NCBI GenBank assembly: GCA_024276825.1
Contig: JAJRWI010000015.1
Location: 44,723-108,722 of the forward strand
Direction of reading: 5' to 3'
Source of the DNA: an archaeon
Lineage (GTDB): Archaea > Asgardarchaeota > Thorarchaeia > Thorarchaeales > Thorarchaeaceae
DNA: 64,000 bases
Part shown: one piece after another, positions 40,325-49,667 of the stretch
Layout of the letters: the number at the start of each line of letters is the position of its first letter
How positions within the stretch are numbered: the stretch's first letter is position 1
Notes under the pieces: model-generated
What the model was told of the DNA's origin: nothing
Databases searched by the model: none
The model's input: the letters and a program-made list of their open reading frames with translations, nothing else
Position numbers and translations under genes: made by a program

Positions 40325-40489
40325 ACTTTGATTCCTCCAATAGATTATACCCAGTCCTTGTCGTGAACTATATAGAGTGTTTTTGATGAACGGTTCATAA
40401 ACGGTCAGTATGCAAAAGTCCATAACCTTCAAGAAGTTGAAAAGGGCATTCATAACATCCTGAACCGTTCCAAAACGAGTTTGATGTGA

Positions 40490-40987
40490 TTATCTGATAA
40501 CATCTTGAATAAGGACTATCAGTTTCGTCCGACCTGTGACTGAGCGCGAGATTATCGATTTTCGTTCAAGCGTGCTGAGAGTCACACTGAGGGTTGATTT
40601 GCTCAGACCTGTCAATCTTCTCAGTTCTTCTTGTGTCATCTGGCCCCCGTTCTCTTTCAGCGTATTAATGATACGTCGTTCAGTGTTATTCAGAGTGACT
40701 ATCATAATCTGGTCGTGTGCCGAGGCATTTGGTTTTGATTGAGCGTTGTTCTCGGACAGTCTGACCTCCAGATCTGCAATTCTTCTCTGCATTCTCAGGA
40801 TGACCATGACGATCACGTTGATAATGAGGATTAGAGAGATTACAAGTGAAACAGTAGTGGCCAAAAAGACAACTTCTCTTGCAATGGAGGATGAAACTAT
40901 CCATGTCCATACCGATACGAACAACACTAAGACAGAAATGATGATAAGAATGATGTCTATCCTCTCAAAGGCGTTCTCTCTTGGCAT
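40490..40987 (-). CDS. Membrane-anchored winged-helix regulator
   Basis: Two TM helices, coiled coil, then L...ERRII..L...GG.MTQ.EL...TGLSKSTLS..L..LE. Confidence 0.85.
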   Translation of the reverse strand: MPRENAFERIDIILIIISVLVLFVSVWTWIVSSSIAREVVFLATTVSLVISLILIINVIVMVILRMQRRIADLEVRLSENNAQSKPNASAHDQIMIVTLNNTERRIINTLKENGGQMTQEELRRLTGLSKSTLSVTLSTLERKSIISRSVTGRTKLIVLIQDVIR

Positions 40988-41112
40988 TGTCGCACCTTGC
41001 CTAATATCAGACCTGTTGATTACTAATTAGTTTCGTTTAATAATAAAGTGATGATGAAGTCACGTGACAGTCCGAATTCGCAACATGTATATTGAATATT
41101 ATTGGATAGATA

Positions 41113-41466
41113 GTGATGATGAATTTGAGTCAGCGAATGGAAACGGACCAACTATCACCCGAAGAACTGCAACAGTTAAGGCGCCTACTGATAGTCAAGA
41201 CAAAGCTCAGAAACCTGAAGAGAAAGGGCATCACAGCAGATATAGCGATCTGCCCAGTTTGCAAGAGCCACAGGATTGTCGATCTCACCTCGTTCTTTGA
41301 CCTTGGATATATTGGCAGTCTTCAACCCGCATACTATTGTCTTGACTGCGGTTGGTATGGGAGGATATTGACAATAATGACCAACCGTCCTGAGGATGAC
41401 GCGATCCTCGAGGATCTGAAGGACGCATTTCCATCACTGAGGAGTCCTGAAACCAACGATGATTGA
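41113..41466 (+). CDS. Zn-ribbon protein
   Basis: CPVCKS...YYCLDCGW.G. Confidence 0.7.
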   Translation: MMMNLSQRMETDQLSPEELQQLRRLLIVKTKLRNLKRKGITADIAICPVCKSHRIVDLTSFFDLGYIGSLQPAYYCLDCGWYGRILTIMTNRPEDDAILEDLKDAFPSLRSPETNDD

Positions 41467-41477
41467 TGTAGAGAGCC

Positions 41478-41759
41478 CTATTCGCGACTCAGCTCAAAGA
41501 CAACTTGGTTGTAAGCATCAGGACAGGCATGTGTGGCTCTGCATTGATCTTCCAGCCATGGAAAGTGAGCATTGAACATCATAGCAAATGCCTTTGGCAA
41601 CATCGAATATAGTGCACTAATGCACACTCTCCCATGTACTCCAAGACTTGTGATGCGCACTTCGTCACCAACTTTGTGACCTGCAGCACAATGCCCTTCT
41701 TGTTTAATCACACGACACACAATCTCCCAAGGTTCTTCTCGCACGCATTTATCATTCAT
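41478..41759 (-). CDS. TIGR04076-family protein
   Basis: G.C..GHKVGD, C..A..S..P, CPD..N.VVFEL.R. Confidence 0.85.
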   Translation of the reverse strand: MNDKCVREEPWEIVCRVIKQEGHCAAGHKVGDEVRITSLGVHGRVCISALYSMLPKAFAMMFNAHFPWLEDQCRATHACPDAYNQVVFELSRE

Positions 41760-42003
41760 GAGTAGATATTTGGAGTAAGAAGTCAAAAATCCTTCTGATT
41801 CTTGTCATAATACATCTAGACTGCTGCTGCCGTCTAATTGCAATTCCTCATCATTCTCACCTGTGACCAATAGTTTATGAGTGGCGCTAAAAACTCCCTG
41901 TATTCTGGAAGTTCAAATGCTTTGATCAAGCGGTATTTCACAGCCATTGGTCAAATGGTTTCAAGAATCATAGTAGAAATGGCAACGATGCAAATTCATC
42001 ATT

Positions 42004-42693
42004 TTAATGCGATTGATAATGCTCGCAATAATTAGAGAGGATACAAGAGAAACAGTGAGGCTTTAGTGCTCTACATACCTTACGGCCATGCTGAACTAGA
42101 TTATAATTGAAAGAATACATACATTCATCTGTGACTATTTGATCCAGTAAAATATGAGCTCTCTCGCGAGTGGTGTTTTCAGGAATCAGTCCCAACCTCT
42201 TTGTGATTCTAAAGACATGCGTGTCTACAGGAATCACTGGAAGTCCGAATGAGAAGAGAAGGACTATTGCCGCAGTCTTTGGTCCGACGCCATGCAGGGA
42301 AGTCAGCCAAGCCTTGGCATCTTCAATATCCATGTCTTTCAGCAGGGACAGGTCGAAACCTCCTGTTCGAGAATGGATCTCGGTGAGAATTGCTTTGATC
42401 CTCTTTGCCTTCAGATTGTGAAGACCACAATGACTGATTGATTCTGCAATTCTCTCATGAGAGGCGTTCATGACTTCACTCCAATCAGTGAAATCAGACT
42501 TGAGCTGCTGAAAGGCGCGTTCAGCAGTGATATCAGTGGTGTTCTGTGCAAGCACTGTGATTACAAGCTGATCAACAGGAGGAAGACGGTTGTGATGAAT
42601 GCGTGTGCCATATTCATTCATTATTGCTCTGCAGATGGCAAGTGCTTTCCGCTGTTTTTGTTTCAATTCGTCATCATTCAAGGCTTTACACAC
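42004..42693 (-). CDS. nth: Endonuclease III / HhH-GPD DNA glycosylase
   Basis: L.QNT.D, L.GVG.KTA, PVDTHV.R, C...KP.C..C.L...C 4Fe-4S motif. Confidence 0.93.
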   Translation of the reverse strand: MCKALNDDELKQKQRKALAICRAIMNEYGTRIHHNRLPPVDQLVITVLAQNTTDITAERAFQQLKSDFTDWSEVMNASHERIAESISHCGLHNLKAKRIKAILTEIHSRTGGFDLSLLKDMDIEDAKAWLTSLHGVGPKTAAIVLLFSFGLPVIPVDTHVFRITKRLGLIPENTTRERAHILLDQIVTDECMYSFNYNLVQHGRKVCRALKPHCFSCILSNYCEHYQSH

Positions 42694-42777
42694 TTCAGGT
42701 CTTATCGTACAATAGAGTTCTTATGTCATTTTCAGAAGGCTTTTGAGTCAATTCACTATTCCGAGATAAGAGTAGAG

Positions 42778-43194
42778 ATGACGGTAATAGTAGTGTTCGA
42801 GAGTACACGGGGAAGGACTAAAGCTATGGCTGAGGCAATCTGCGAGGGAGTAAAATCAAAGAGTGTTGATTGCAAGCTTACGAGCGCAAGTCAGTTTGAT
42901 GGGCTTGATGGAGCATGCGCATTTGCAATCGGTAGCTCAACAAGAATGAAAAAGCCATTACCTCTTGTCAGAAGAATACTTGCAGAACTGGATGACCTTA
43001 ATGGACTCCCATCCGCTTCATTTGGATCCTACGGCTGGAGTGGAGAGGCACCAGCGATAATCACAAGTCTTCTTGAGGAGAAGGGGGCCACAATTGTTAG
43101 TAAGCCCATCAGAGCTAAGGACTTCCCAACTGAAGAGATGTTGGAGAAGTGCCGTGGGCTTGGATCGCTTCTAGCGGACAGATGTAATCAGTAG
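42778..43194 (+). CDS. Flavodoxin
   Basis: ESTRGRTKAMAEAI, GSST, FGSYGWSGEA; true start ATG 42778. Confidence 0.9.
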   Translation: MTVIVVFESTRGRTKAMAEAICEGVKSKSVDCKLTSASQFDGLDGACAFAIGSSTRMKKPLPLVRRILAELDDLNGLPSASFGSYGWSGEAPAIITSLLEEKGATIVSKPIRAKDFPTEEMLEKCRGLGSLLADRCNQ

Positions 43195-43238
43195 ATTGAA
43201 AAAGGACAGAATGTGAGTCTTGGAGTGAGCGGTGGTAG

Positions 43239-45134
43239 ATGGGACATATTGCAAGATTAACAAGATATGCTCTAAAGCATAAAAGGCATTTCATTGGCTT
43301 CATGAGCATTGCATCAGTGGCAACCCTGTTCAACCTGTTCACGCCGCTGGTACTCAGGGACATAGTTGATCAGGTCACTTCAGGTGCCAATTTTCAAACG
43401 GCAATATTCTCAATATTCCTGTACCTCAGTCTCTTTGGTTTTTATTGTTTCTTTGACTTTATCCAGAGATACCTCAGCGCATTGATGGCACAGCATGTCA
43501 TCTATGACTTGAGGACTGAACTCTATCAGAGCCTTCTTGAGAAGGACCTTGCATTCTATGACAGAAATGAAACCGGTCAGATTCTCGCCCGGGTCACCAC
43601 TGATGTGACTACCATGCGTCAGTTCTTACTCTGGGGATACAGGGTGATCTTCATCGGTGCTGCAAGTCTTATCGGCACGTATTATGTCATGTGGCTAATT
43701 AATGTCCAATTGACTCTTCTCCTGCTTCCAATTCTCCCCGCACTGCTACTGATCATCTATATTTTTGCCAAGAAGGTCCGACCTGTGTTTTTCTCTGCAA
43801 GAACACAGTATGGCACTCTGAGTGCTGTCTTGCAGGAGAACATTGTGGGAATGCGGGTTGTCCAGTCATATGTGTCTATGGACCGTGAGAGAGAGCGCGT
43901 GCGAAAGGAGAATGAGAGATATCTTGGGCTGGTGGTTGATGCATTTCGCTTGTCAGCGTTTTATTCGCCACTCCTTATTGCGGTCTTAGGGATTGGCACT
44001 GGAGTTCTCATCTATATGGGAGGTGTCCAATTTAGCGCGGGCGTCCTAAGCTATGGTGAGTTTGTGGGCTTTGTCAGCCTAGTAGGGATGTTATTACTTC
44101 CTGCGAGATTTCTCAGCTGGGGCATTGGTCTGTATCAGAGAGCCTCTGCCGCTGCTGAGCGAACATTTTACATCCTAGATGCAAGAGAGGAGATAATGGA
44201 TCCAGAAGATCCTGCTGAGATCAGTGATATTCGTGGAGAGGTCGAGTTCAAAAATGTATATTTCAGTCATGGTGGAGAGAACTGGGTGTTGAAGGATGTT
44301 TCGTTCAAAGTGCAACCCGGGCAGGTTGTGGCATTATTGGGGAGAACTGGGTCTGGAAAGACCAGTGTCGTCAATCTCATTCCAAGGTTCTATGATGTTG
44401 ACAGTCGCAGAGTTGTGGAATACAACGGGAAAGTCTATGCTCTGGACAATAAGGGACATGTCAAGATAGATGGTACAACATATCATGAACACGATGGTTT
44501 CATAGTAGTCAATGGTGAGGAGCTGCAAGTTCAAGATCCTGGCCATATTGAGATTGATGGAGTGGACATTCGATTCTATAAGATAAGTGAGTTGAGAGAA
44601 CAGATAGGAATGGTCCATCAAGACCCATTCTTGTTCTCAGCGTCAATAAAAGAGAACATCGCCTTTGCAAGACCATATGCCACTGATGAGGAGATAGAGA
44701 ATGCTGCAAGGGCGGCAATGATTCATGATTTCATTATGACACTTGATCAGGGATATGACACTGAGGTTGGAGAGCGTGGAGTCACCCTCAGTGGGGGACA
44801 GAAGCAGCGGATTGCAATTGCCCGGGCTTTGCTGGCAGACCCCCGAATTCTGATTCTGGATGACTCAACAAGCTCAGTTGATGCCAATACTGAACTGCAG
44901 ATTCAGAGAGCCTTGGAGAACTTGATGAGGGGGCGTACCACATTCATAATCACTCATAGGCTGTCTACAATCAGAAATGCGGACATAATAATAATGATGG
45001 ACAGAGGACGCATCGTGGAGATGGGCAATCACTCCGAGTTGATTGAGAAAGAAGGCATGTATGCGAGTCTTTTCCAGACATTGTCTAGGATGGCAGCGAT
45101 AGCATTAGAAGAAACAGGAGGGAGGGTATCATAA
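43239..45134 (+). CDS. Heterodimeric ABC exporter subunit 1 (TMD-NBD)
   Basis: Six TMs, GRTGSGKT, LSGGQKQ, degenerate Walker B LDDST. Confidence 0.95.
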   Translation: MGHIARLTRYALKHKRHFIGFMSIASVATLFNLFTPLVLRDIVDQVTSGANFQTAIFSIFLYLSLFGFYCFFDFIQRYLSALMAQHVIYDLRTELYQSLLEKDLAFYDRNETGQILARVTTDVTTMRQFLLWGYRVIFIGAASLIGTYYVMWLINVQLTLLLLPILPALLLIIYIFAKKVRPVFFSARTQYGTLSAVLQENIVGMRVVQSYVSMDRERERVRKENERYLGLVVDAFRLSAFYSPLLIAVLGIGTGVLIYMGGVQFSAGVLSYGEFVGFVSLVGMLLLPARFLSWGIGLYQRASAAAERTFYILDAREEIMDPEDPAEISDIRGEVEFKNVYFSHGGENWVLKDVSFKVQPGQVVALLGRTGSGKTSVVNLIPRFYDVDSRRVVEYNGKVYALDNKGHVKIDGTTYHEHDGFIVVNGEELQVQDPGHIEIDGVDIRFYKISELREQIGMVHQDPFLFSASIKENIAFARPYATDEEIENAARAAMIHDFIMTLDQGYDTEVGERGVTLSGGQKQRIAIARALLADPRILILDDSTSSVDANTELQIQRALENLMRGRTTFIITHRLSTIRNADIIIMMDRGRIVEMGNHSELIEKEGMYASLFQTLSRMAAIALEETGGRVS

Positions 45135-45187
45135 GCCATTCATGGGACGAAGTAGAGAGGACATATGATTATCCAGACTCCGTCTTA

Positions 45188-46915
45188 ATGAAGCGCATAT
45201 TAAGCTACATCCTTGCATATCCAAGATTAGTGATTATTGTCATCATCATGGTGGCAAGCTCAATCATATTCAGTATCTATGCCCCCTTTGTCCTACAACA
45301 TGCAATAGACACCGACTTTGTGAGTGGCGATCTTGATGCCTTGCTGCAGACCTCTCTGCTCTATATCATTCTGGTGATTCTGGTGTGGTTGACATCATAT
45401 GGGCAGGGATACACCACGACCTTAATGGGTCAACGTGCGGTCTACACAATCCGTCAGAGTCTATTTGAGCACCTTCAAAGAATGTCCCAAGCATATTACG
45501 ACAAGACTTCAAGTGGTAGTATTATATCTCGATTGACAAATGATATTGACAGGATGAGCGAGTTGCTGAGTGGGGGACTGATTAACACATTTGCACAATT
45601 CTTCATTGTATTCGGAGTCGCAGTTGTCATATTCACTGTGGACTTTCAACTTGCAATAATCACACTTCTTGTTGTGCCCATTCTTGCTGTTGCCACGCAC
45701 ATCTTTAGGAAACGTGCAAGGGAGGCGTACAGAGAAACAAGAAAGACCATATCAAGAGTGACCGCCAACTTTGCGGAAACAATATCGGGAGCAAAGGTAA
45801 CAAAGACATTCACTCGCGAGAAGGAGAGCATGGAGAAGTTTGATGAATTAAACAGAGATGACTATCAGGCCAATGTTGATGCTGCCAAGTTTGCATCTGT
45901 ATTCTTCCCAGCAATCAGATTTGTTGGCGGGTTAGGTGTTGTGCTCATCCTCTTCTTTGGAGCAGCTAGAATCGTCGAGGGCACACTCACAGTGGGAGTT
46001 CTGTTGTTTTACATCCAGATGAATTCACTATTCTTTAGGCCTGTCATTATCTTGACAAACTTTTATAACACGGTTCAAAGTGCATTTGCAGGGGCCGAGA
46101 GGGTATTCGCTATAATGGATAGCGAGCCAGCAGTTCTTGACAGACCCGATGCAGTCGAGCTAAAAGATGTGAGAGGGCACATAAGATACCGGAATGTGTG
46201 GTTTGCATATGTTGACGAGAACTATGTCTTAGAAGACTTCAATCTCGAGATTCAACCCGGTGAGACTGTCGCCATAGTGGGGGACACTGGAGCAGGCAAG
46301 ACGACCGTGGTAAATCTCTTGAACCGATTCTATGAGGTTCAGTCAGGGTCCATTGAGATTGATGGCATTAATATTAGAGATGTGACCCTCAAGTCCCTGA
46401 GGGCAAACATTGGACTAGTCCTTCAAGACTCATTTCTATTCATGGGCACCATCAAGGACAACATAAGATATGGCAGACCCGAAGCCACTGACAATGAGAT
46501 CATCGAGGCAACCAAGGTCATTGGTGCATATGACCTTATCCAAAGGCTGGAGAAGGGTTTTGACACCGAGGTTGGAGAGAGGGGAGGAAGACTCTCTGAA
46601 GGAGAACGACAACTAGTGAGCTTTGCTAGGGCACTTCTTGCAAACCCCAAGATACTCATACTTGACGAGGCAACAAGCTCGATTGACATCTATACCGAGC
46701 ACACCATACAGAGGGGAATGCAAAAGCTTCTAGAGGGACGAACATCCATTGTTATAGCCCACAGATTATCAACGATTGTCAATGCGGACAGAATTCTTGT
46801 ACTTGAGAACGGCAGGATAGTAGAGTCTGGTACTCATGCAGAACTGATGGCCAAGAGGGAGAAGTACTACTCATTATATGAAAAACAGATCAGACCTAGG
46901 ACAATGGTGTTCTAA
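45188..46915 (+). CDS. Heterodimeric ABC exporter subunit 2 (TMD-NBD)
   Basis: GDTGAGKT, degenerate signature LSEGERQ, LDEAT; start may be at 45131. Confidence 0.95.
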   Translation: MKRILSYILAYPRLVIIVIIMVASSIIFSIYAPFVLQHAIDTDFVSGDLDALLQTSLLYIILVILVWLTSYGQGYTTTLMGQRAVYTIRQSLFEHLQRMSQAYYDKTSSGSIISRLTNDIDRMSELLSGGLINTFAQFFIVFGVAVVIFTVDFQLAIITLLVVPILAVATHIFRKRAREAYRETRKTISRVTANFAETISGAKVTKTFTREKESMEKFDELNRDDYQANVDAAKFASVFFPAIRFVGGLGVVLILFFGAARIVEGTLTVGVLLFYIQMNSLFFRPVIILTNFYNTVQSAFAGAERVFAIMDSEPAVLDRPDAVELKDVRGHIRYRNVWFAYVDENYVLEDFNLEIQPGETVAIVGDTGAGKTTVVNLLNRFYEVQSGSIEIDGINIRDVTLKSLRANIGLVLQDSFLFMGTIKDNIRYGRPEATDNEIIEATKVIGAYDLIQRLEKGFDTEVGERGGRLSEGERQLVSFARALLANPKILILDEATSSIDIYTEHTIQRGMQKLLEGRTSIVIAHRLSTIVNADRILVLENGRIVESGTHAELMAKREKYYSLYEKQIRPRTMVF

Positions 46916-46918
46916 TGG

Positions 46919-46945
46919 TGGCCCCGCCCGAAGCGGGACCTTTTG
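46919..46945 (+). terminator. GC hairpin plus T-run
   Basis: CCCGC-ccgaa-GCGGG followed by TTTT. Confidence 0.55.
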
Positions 46946-46967
46946 ATTTAATTGCAGTCGTTCATTA

Positions 46968-47567
46968 TTATTCAAAAATTCTCTGGATTCCGTGTTTCCC
47001 GATATAGAACGGAACACCTCTATATCCCGTGAGGACAACACCTTGATCGTTGAGTGTCAACATTTTCTGTCCCTTCATTATGAATATGTGGTTTCCATGC
47101 GTGAAGACGATCTTGTCATCTGACAACAAGAGGAGGATTTTCGCATTACTTTCATCAATGCCAAGGAATACTACTGAATTCAATGAGAGTTTCATGTCCC
47201 ATTTCTTGAATGTAAAGAGACCATTATTGACCAACTCTTCAAATGACTTGCCATTCAGGCCGGATTGATTCATCTCTTCGTCGGATGCAACTCTTGACAC
47301 CGATTCTATATTGGCATCACCAAAGTAGAGTTGAACTCCTTGCAACTGACCGCTAATTGACTGACCAATGGCCCCCATTCTGGTTTCTGCAATGGCATCA
47401 ACGGCAAAGGATGACGGGCCAACAAAGGCAATCCCGATTCTTTCACCTTCTTGCATCAGGGAGACCCAGTGGCAGCCAGGTTGAAGTTGAACTAGAGATC
47501 TCTCTTCATCGACCAGCCTTATTGGCTCTTCGAGGACTCTGACTATGTCATCAGTGACTATGTTCAT
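46968..47567 (-). CDS. Hypothetical protein co-transcribed with the ArsR regulator
   Basis: ATGA overlap with the upstream gene; beta-rich. Confidence 0.7.
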   Translation of the reverse strand: MNIVTDDIVRVLEEPIRLVDEERSLVQLQPGCHWVSLMQEGERIGIAFVGPSSFAVDAIAETRMGAIGQSISGQLQGVQLYFGDANIESVSRVASDEEMNQSGLNGKSFEELVNNGLFTFKKWDMKLSLNSVVFLGIDESNAKILLLLSDDKIVFTHGNHIFIMKGQKMLTLNDQGVVLTGYRGVPFYIGKHGIQRIFE

Positions 47568-48304
47568 TCTGACTCCTCCTCGTCTGAGAACTCAATGTCA
47601 ATGTCCTCCTCTTCGGGCTCTTCCTCCTCAGCTGGCATTCCCGTCAATTCCTCCTGCTTCTCAAGGCGATAGGTAAGCCATTGGGCCAGTTTGTAGGCCA
47701 GACGCCCCATTACTGTGATGTAGTACATTCCTCGGACCTCCCCTTTGATGATATAACCCGCTTCAAGTAGTGGTGTCAGATGGTGAGTAAGGGAGCTGCC
47801 AGTCTTGCCAATGTATTGCTCGAGTTCATTGAAGGACTTGCCACCATTTCTGAGGTAGTCGAGGATTCGTAGTCTGTCGACATTTCCTAGGGGGTCCACA
47901 ACTCGTGCAATACGTTCAGGAGGTATTGCTTGGATTGATTTCATACTCCTTGGTCGCTGCCCCTTCATTCGCTTGAGTGGGCGAATTCTGATCTCCTTTC
48001 CGACACCATCCAGACAGCCGACTGCAAGACGAATCTGCTCACCAATTCCCTCCATCATCTCATCAAGACCATCTATCAGAGGGCCCAGATCAATGACTGG
48101 TGGTGGTGGATGAACATGCCTATGCTTGTGTGGAGGACCGGGTTGAGGTGGGCGAGGGTGAGGGCCTGCTTGGGGAGGGGGCGGGCCAGGAGGACCCTCA
48201 GGCATGGGCGGTTCTACGCCCTGCTCTTTTTCGCGTTTCAGGTTTTCAAACTCTCTCTTCAGGTGCTCAATCTCTCTTCGGAGTTCTTCAATATCGTCGC
48301 TCAT
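47564..48304 (-). CDS. ArsR-family wHTH regulator with coiled-coil and Pro-rich N-terminus
   Basis: R.RIL..L..G.KSF.EL....G..GSSL.HHL..L.EAG.I....RG.Y.IT..G. Confidence 0.85.
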   Translation of the reverse strand: MSDDIEELRREIEHLKREFENLKREKEQGVEPPMPEGPPGPPPPQAGPHPRPPQPGPPHKHRHVHPPPPVIDLGPLIDGLDEMMEGIGEQIRLAVGCLDGVGKEIRIRPLKRMKGQRPRSMKSIQAIPPERIARVVDPLGNVDRLRILDYLRNGGKSFNELEQYIGKTGSSLTHHLTPLLEAGYIIKGEVRGMYYITVMGRLAYKLAQWLTYRLEKQEELTGMPAEEEEPEEEDIDIEFSDEEESE

Positions 48305-48312
48305 TGTATTTC

Positions 48313-48332
48313 AACTGTAAATTTTTACAGTT
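48313..48332. promoter_or_regulatory. Palindromic operator candidate upstream of the ArsR gene
   Basis: AACTGTAAA-tt-TTTACAGTT, 8 bp upstream of the start codon. Confidence 0.55.
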
Positions 48333-48517
48333 CTATATTCGGCAAATTTACATTTAAATCTTCGGTTTTTATACATTAATGAGTGAGTGAAATCTGGTAA
48401 ACACATTCGAGAATAAGCCAAAATGGCTGGTTTAATGCAAAATTTGGCACTTTAGCCAAAATACGCTTATAAATAACCAATGTAAAGATAGTTAACCACC
48501 GAAAGGGGGTATATACT

Positions 48518-48715
48518 ATGTCAAAAAAGAAAAAGGCTAAAATCCCAACATTTTTTGTGAAATCCGCTTTGAAGGAGTATGCTAAGGCAAATGGTGTTCA
48601 GATCGGCAGTGATGCATACGATCGCTTCAATCAAGAGATTGCAAATCTATTGAACGCTGCTTTTGAGAGGACTAAGAACAACAAACGCAAGACACTGAAA
48701 GCATACGACTTCTAG
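48518..48715 (+). CDS. Archaeal histone-fold protein with short alpha3 and Lys-rich N-terminal tail
   Basis: Histone fold ending A.ER...NKRKTLKAYDF (RxTxxxxD); N-terminus SKKKKAK. Confidence 0.88.
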   Translation: MSKKKKAKIPTFFVKSALKEYAKANGVQIGSDAYDRFNQEIANLLNAAFERTKNNKRKTLKAYDF

Positions 48716-48822
48716 TTCGTTTACAACTATGGGATAAGGGTGTTAATAACTGCACAATAATCTCAAAGACAGCATAGTGAAGACTTCAAGCGACCAGGAT
48801 TCACACCCTGTCCCGAACATTG

Positions 48823-49512
48823 TCAATTATTTTTTTGTGATTGTATTATACCATTCTGCTCAAGCTCAGAGAAAATATTAACCACAAGTTCAAGAGGGAT
48901 ATCAAGTTCTTTTGCGATTTGAGCGCAGATGTCTTCAAGATTAAACAGATTGCCAAGTGCGAAACGACGAATCAGTTGTATCATACGTATCTGTTTGGCA
49001 TTAAAGGCCAATTGCAATGCCTTCGGGTGGATAGAGTATTCCAACTTTTGCTTTTTAGCAGTGAGGAAGTCCAATAGTTGTTGAGAAGCCCATTCATGAT
49101 CGAAGAATGTCCTGTCGCCTTGCCAGTTGTTAAGAATGAGCCCAAATTCAGATTCAAAATAATCTATGAATCTCTGGAGACGAAGCAGAATGATGTCATC
49201 AATGTTCTTCTTAGATATGATTATGCCAGCAAGATAGGTCCCGTAGCATATTGTTGAGGTCATGTCATCAATCTTCAGGATCATATGTTGCCTGCAGTCA
49301 AACTCAGGGTTTGACTGACTCCTAGCAAGAACAATTGCTGTGAGTAGGGCACTGAATAAATCAGGTTCAATGTCTTCATCGGTTAGAGAGATGTTGAATA
49401 AGGAGAGTCCACTACTTATCTGTGATATGATGACACTGTGGATGTCATTGAGTTCAACCCTGATTCCTGGAGAAACTATTTGCATTAATTTTCCCCCTGA
49501 CAACCTTGGCAA
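48823..49512 (-). CDS. Longin-like domain plus wHTH protein (Asgard-type)
   Basis: SG.SLF...PDLFSALLTAI...F..EF...L.NW.GD..FF pattern; C-terminal wHTH. Confidence 0.55.
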   Translation of the reverse strand: MPRLSGGKLMQIVSPGIRVELNDIHSVIISQISSGLSLFNISLTDEDIEPDLFSALLTAIVLARSQSNPEFDCRQHMILKIDDMTSTICYGTYLAGIIISKKNIDDIILLRLQRFIDYFESEFGLILNNWQGDRTFFDHEWASQQLLDFLTAKKQKLEYSIHPKALQLAFNAKQIRMIQLIRRFALGNLFNLEDICAQIAKELDIPLELVVNIFSELEQNGIIQSQKNN

Positions 49513-49667
49513 TGATCCCCGTTGCCAAGCAGTGATATTTTGTTGTCATATCATATAATAAGTATTATCAGTTTGATGTTAAATTATTTTCTACTAACGC
49601 TAAAACGCACAAATTGAAAAGTTGAGAGAAAAGAGGCCCCCCGAATAATATGAGGAGCCAGTATGAA

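Noticed and set aside
42457-42777. N-terminal extension of flavodoxin in the ORF track
   Set aside because: Overlaps nth on the opposite strand; the flavodoxin fold starts at ATG 42778
44400-44540. Mini-intein in the ABC ATPase
   Set aside because: Too short and lacks the C-terminal His-Asn plus nucleophile junction
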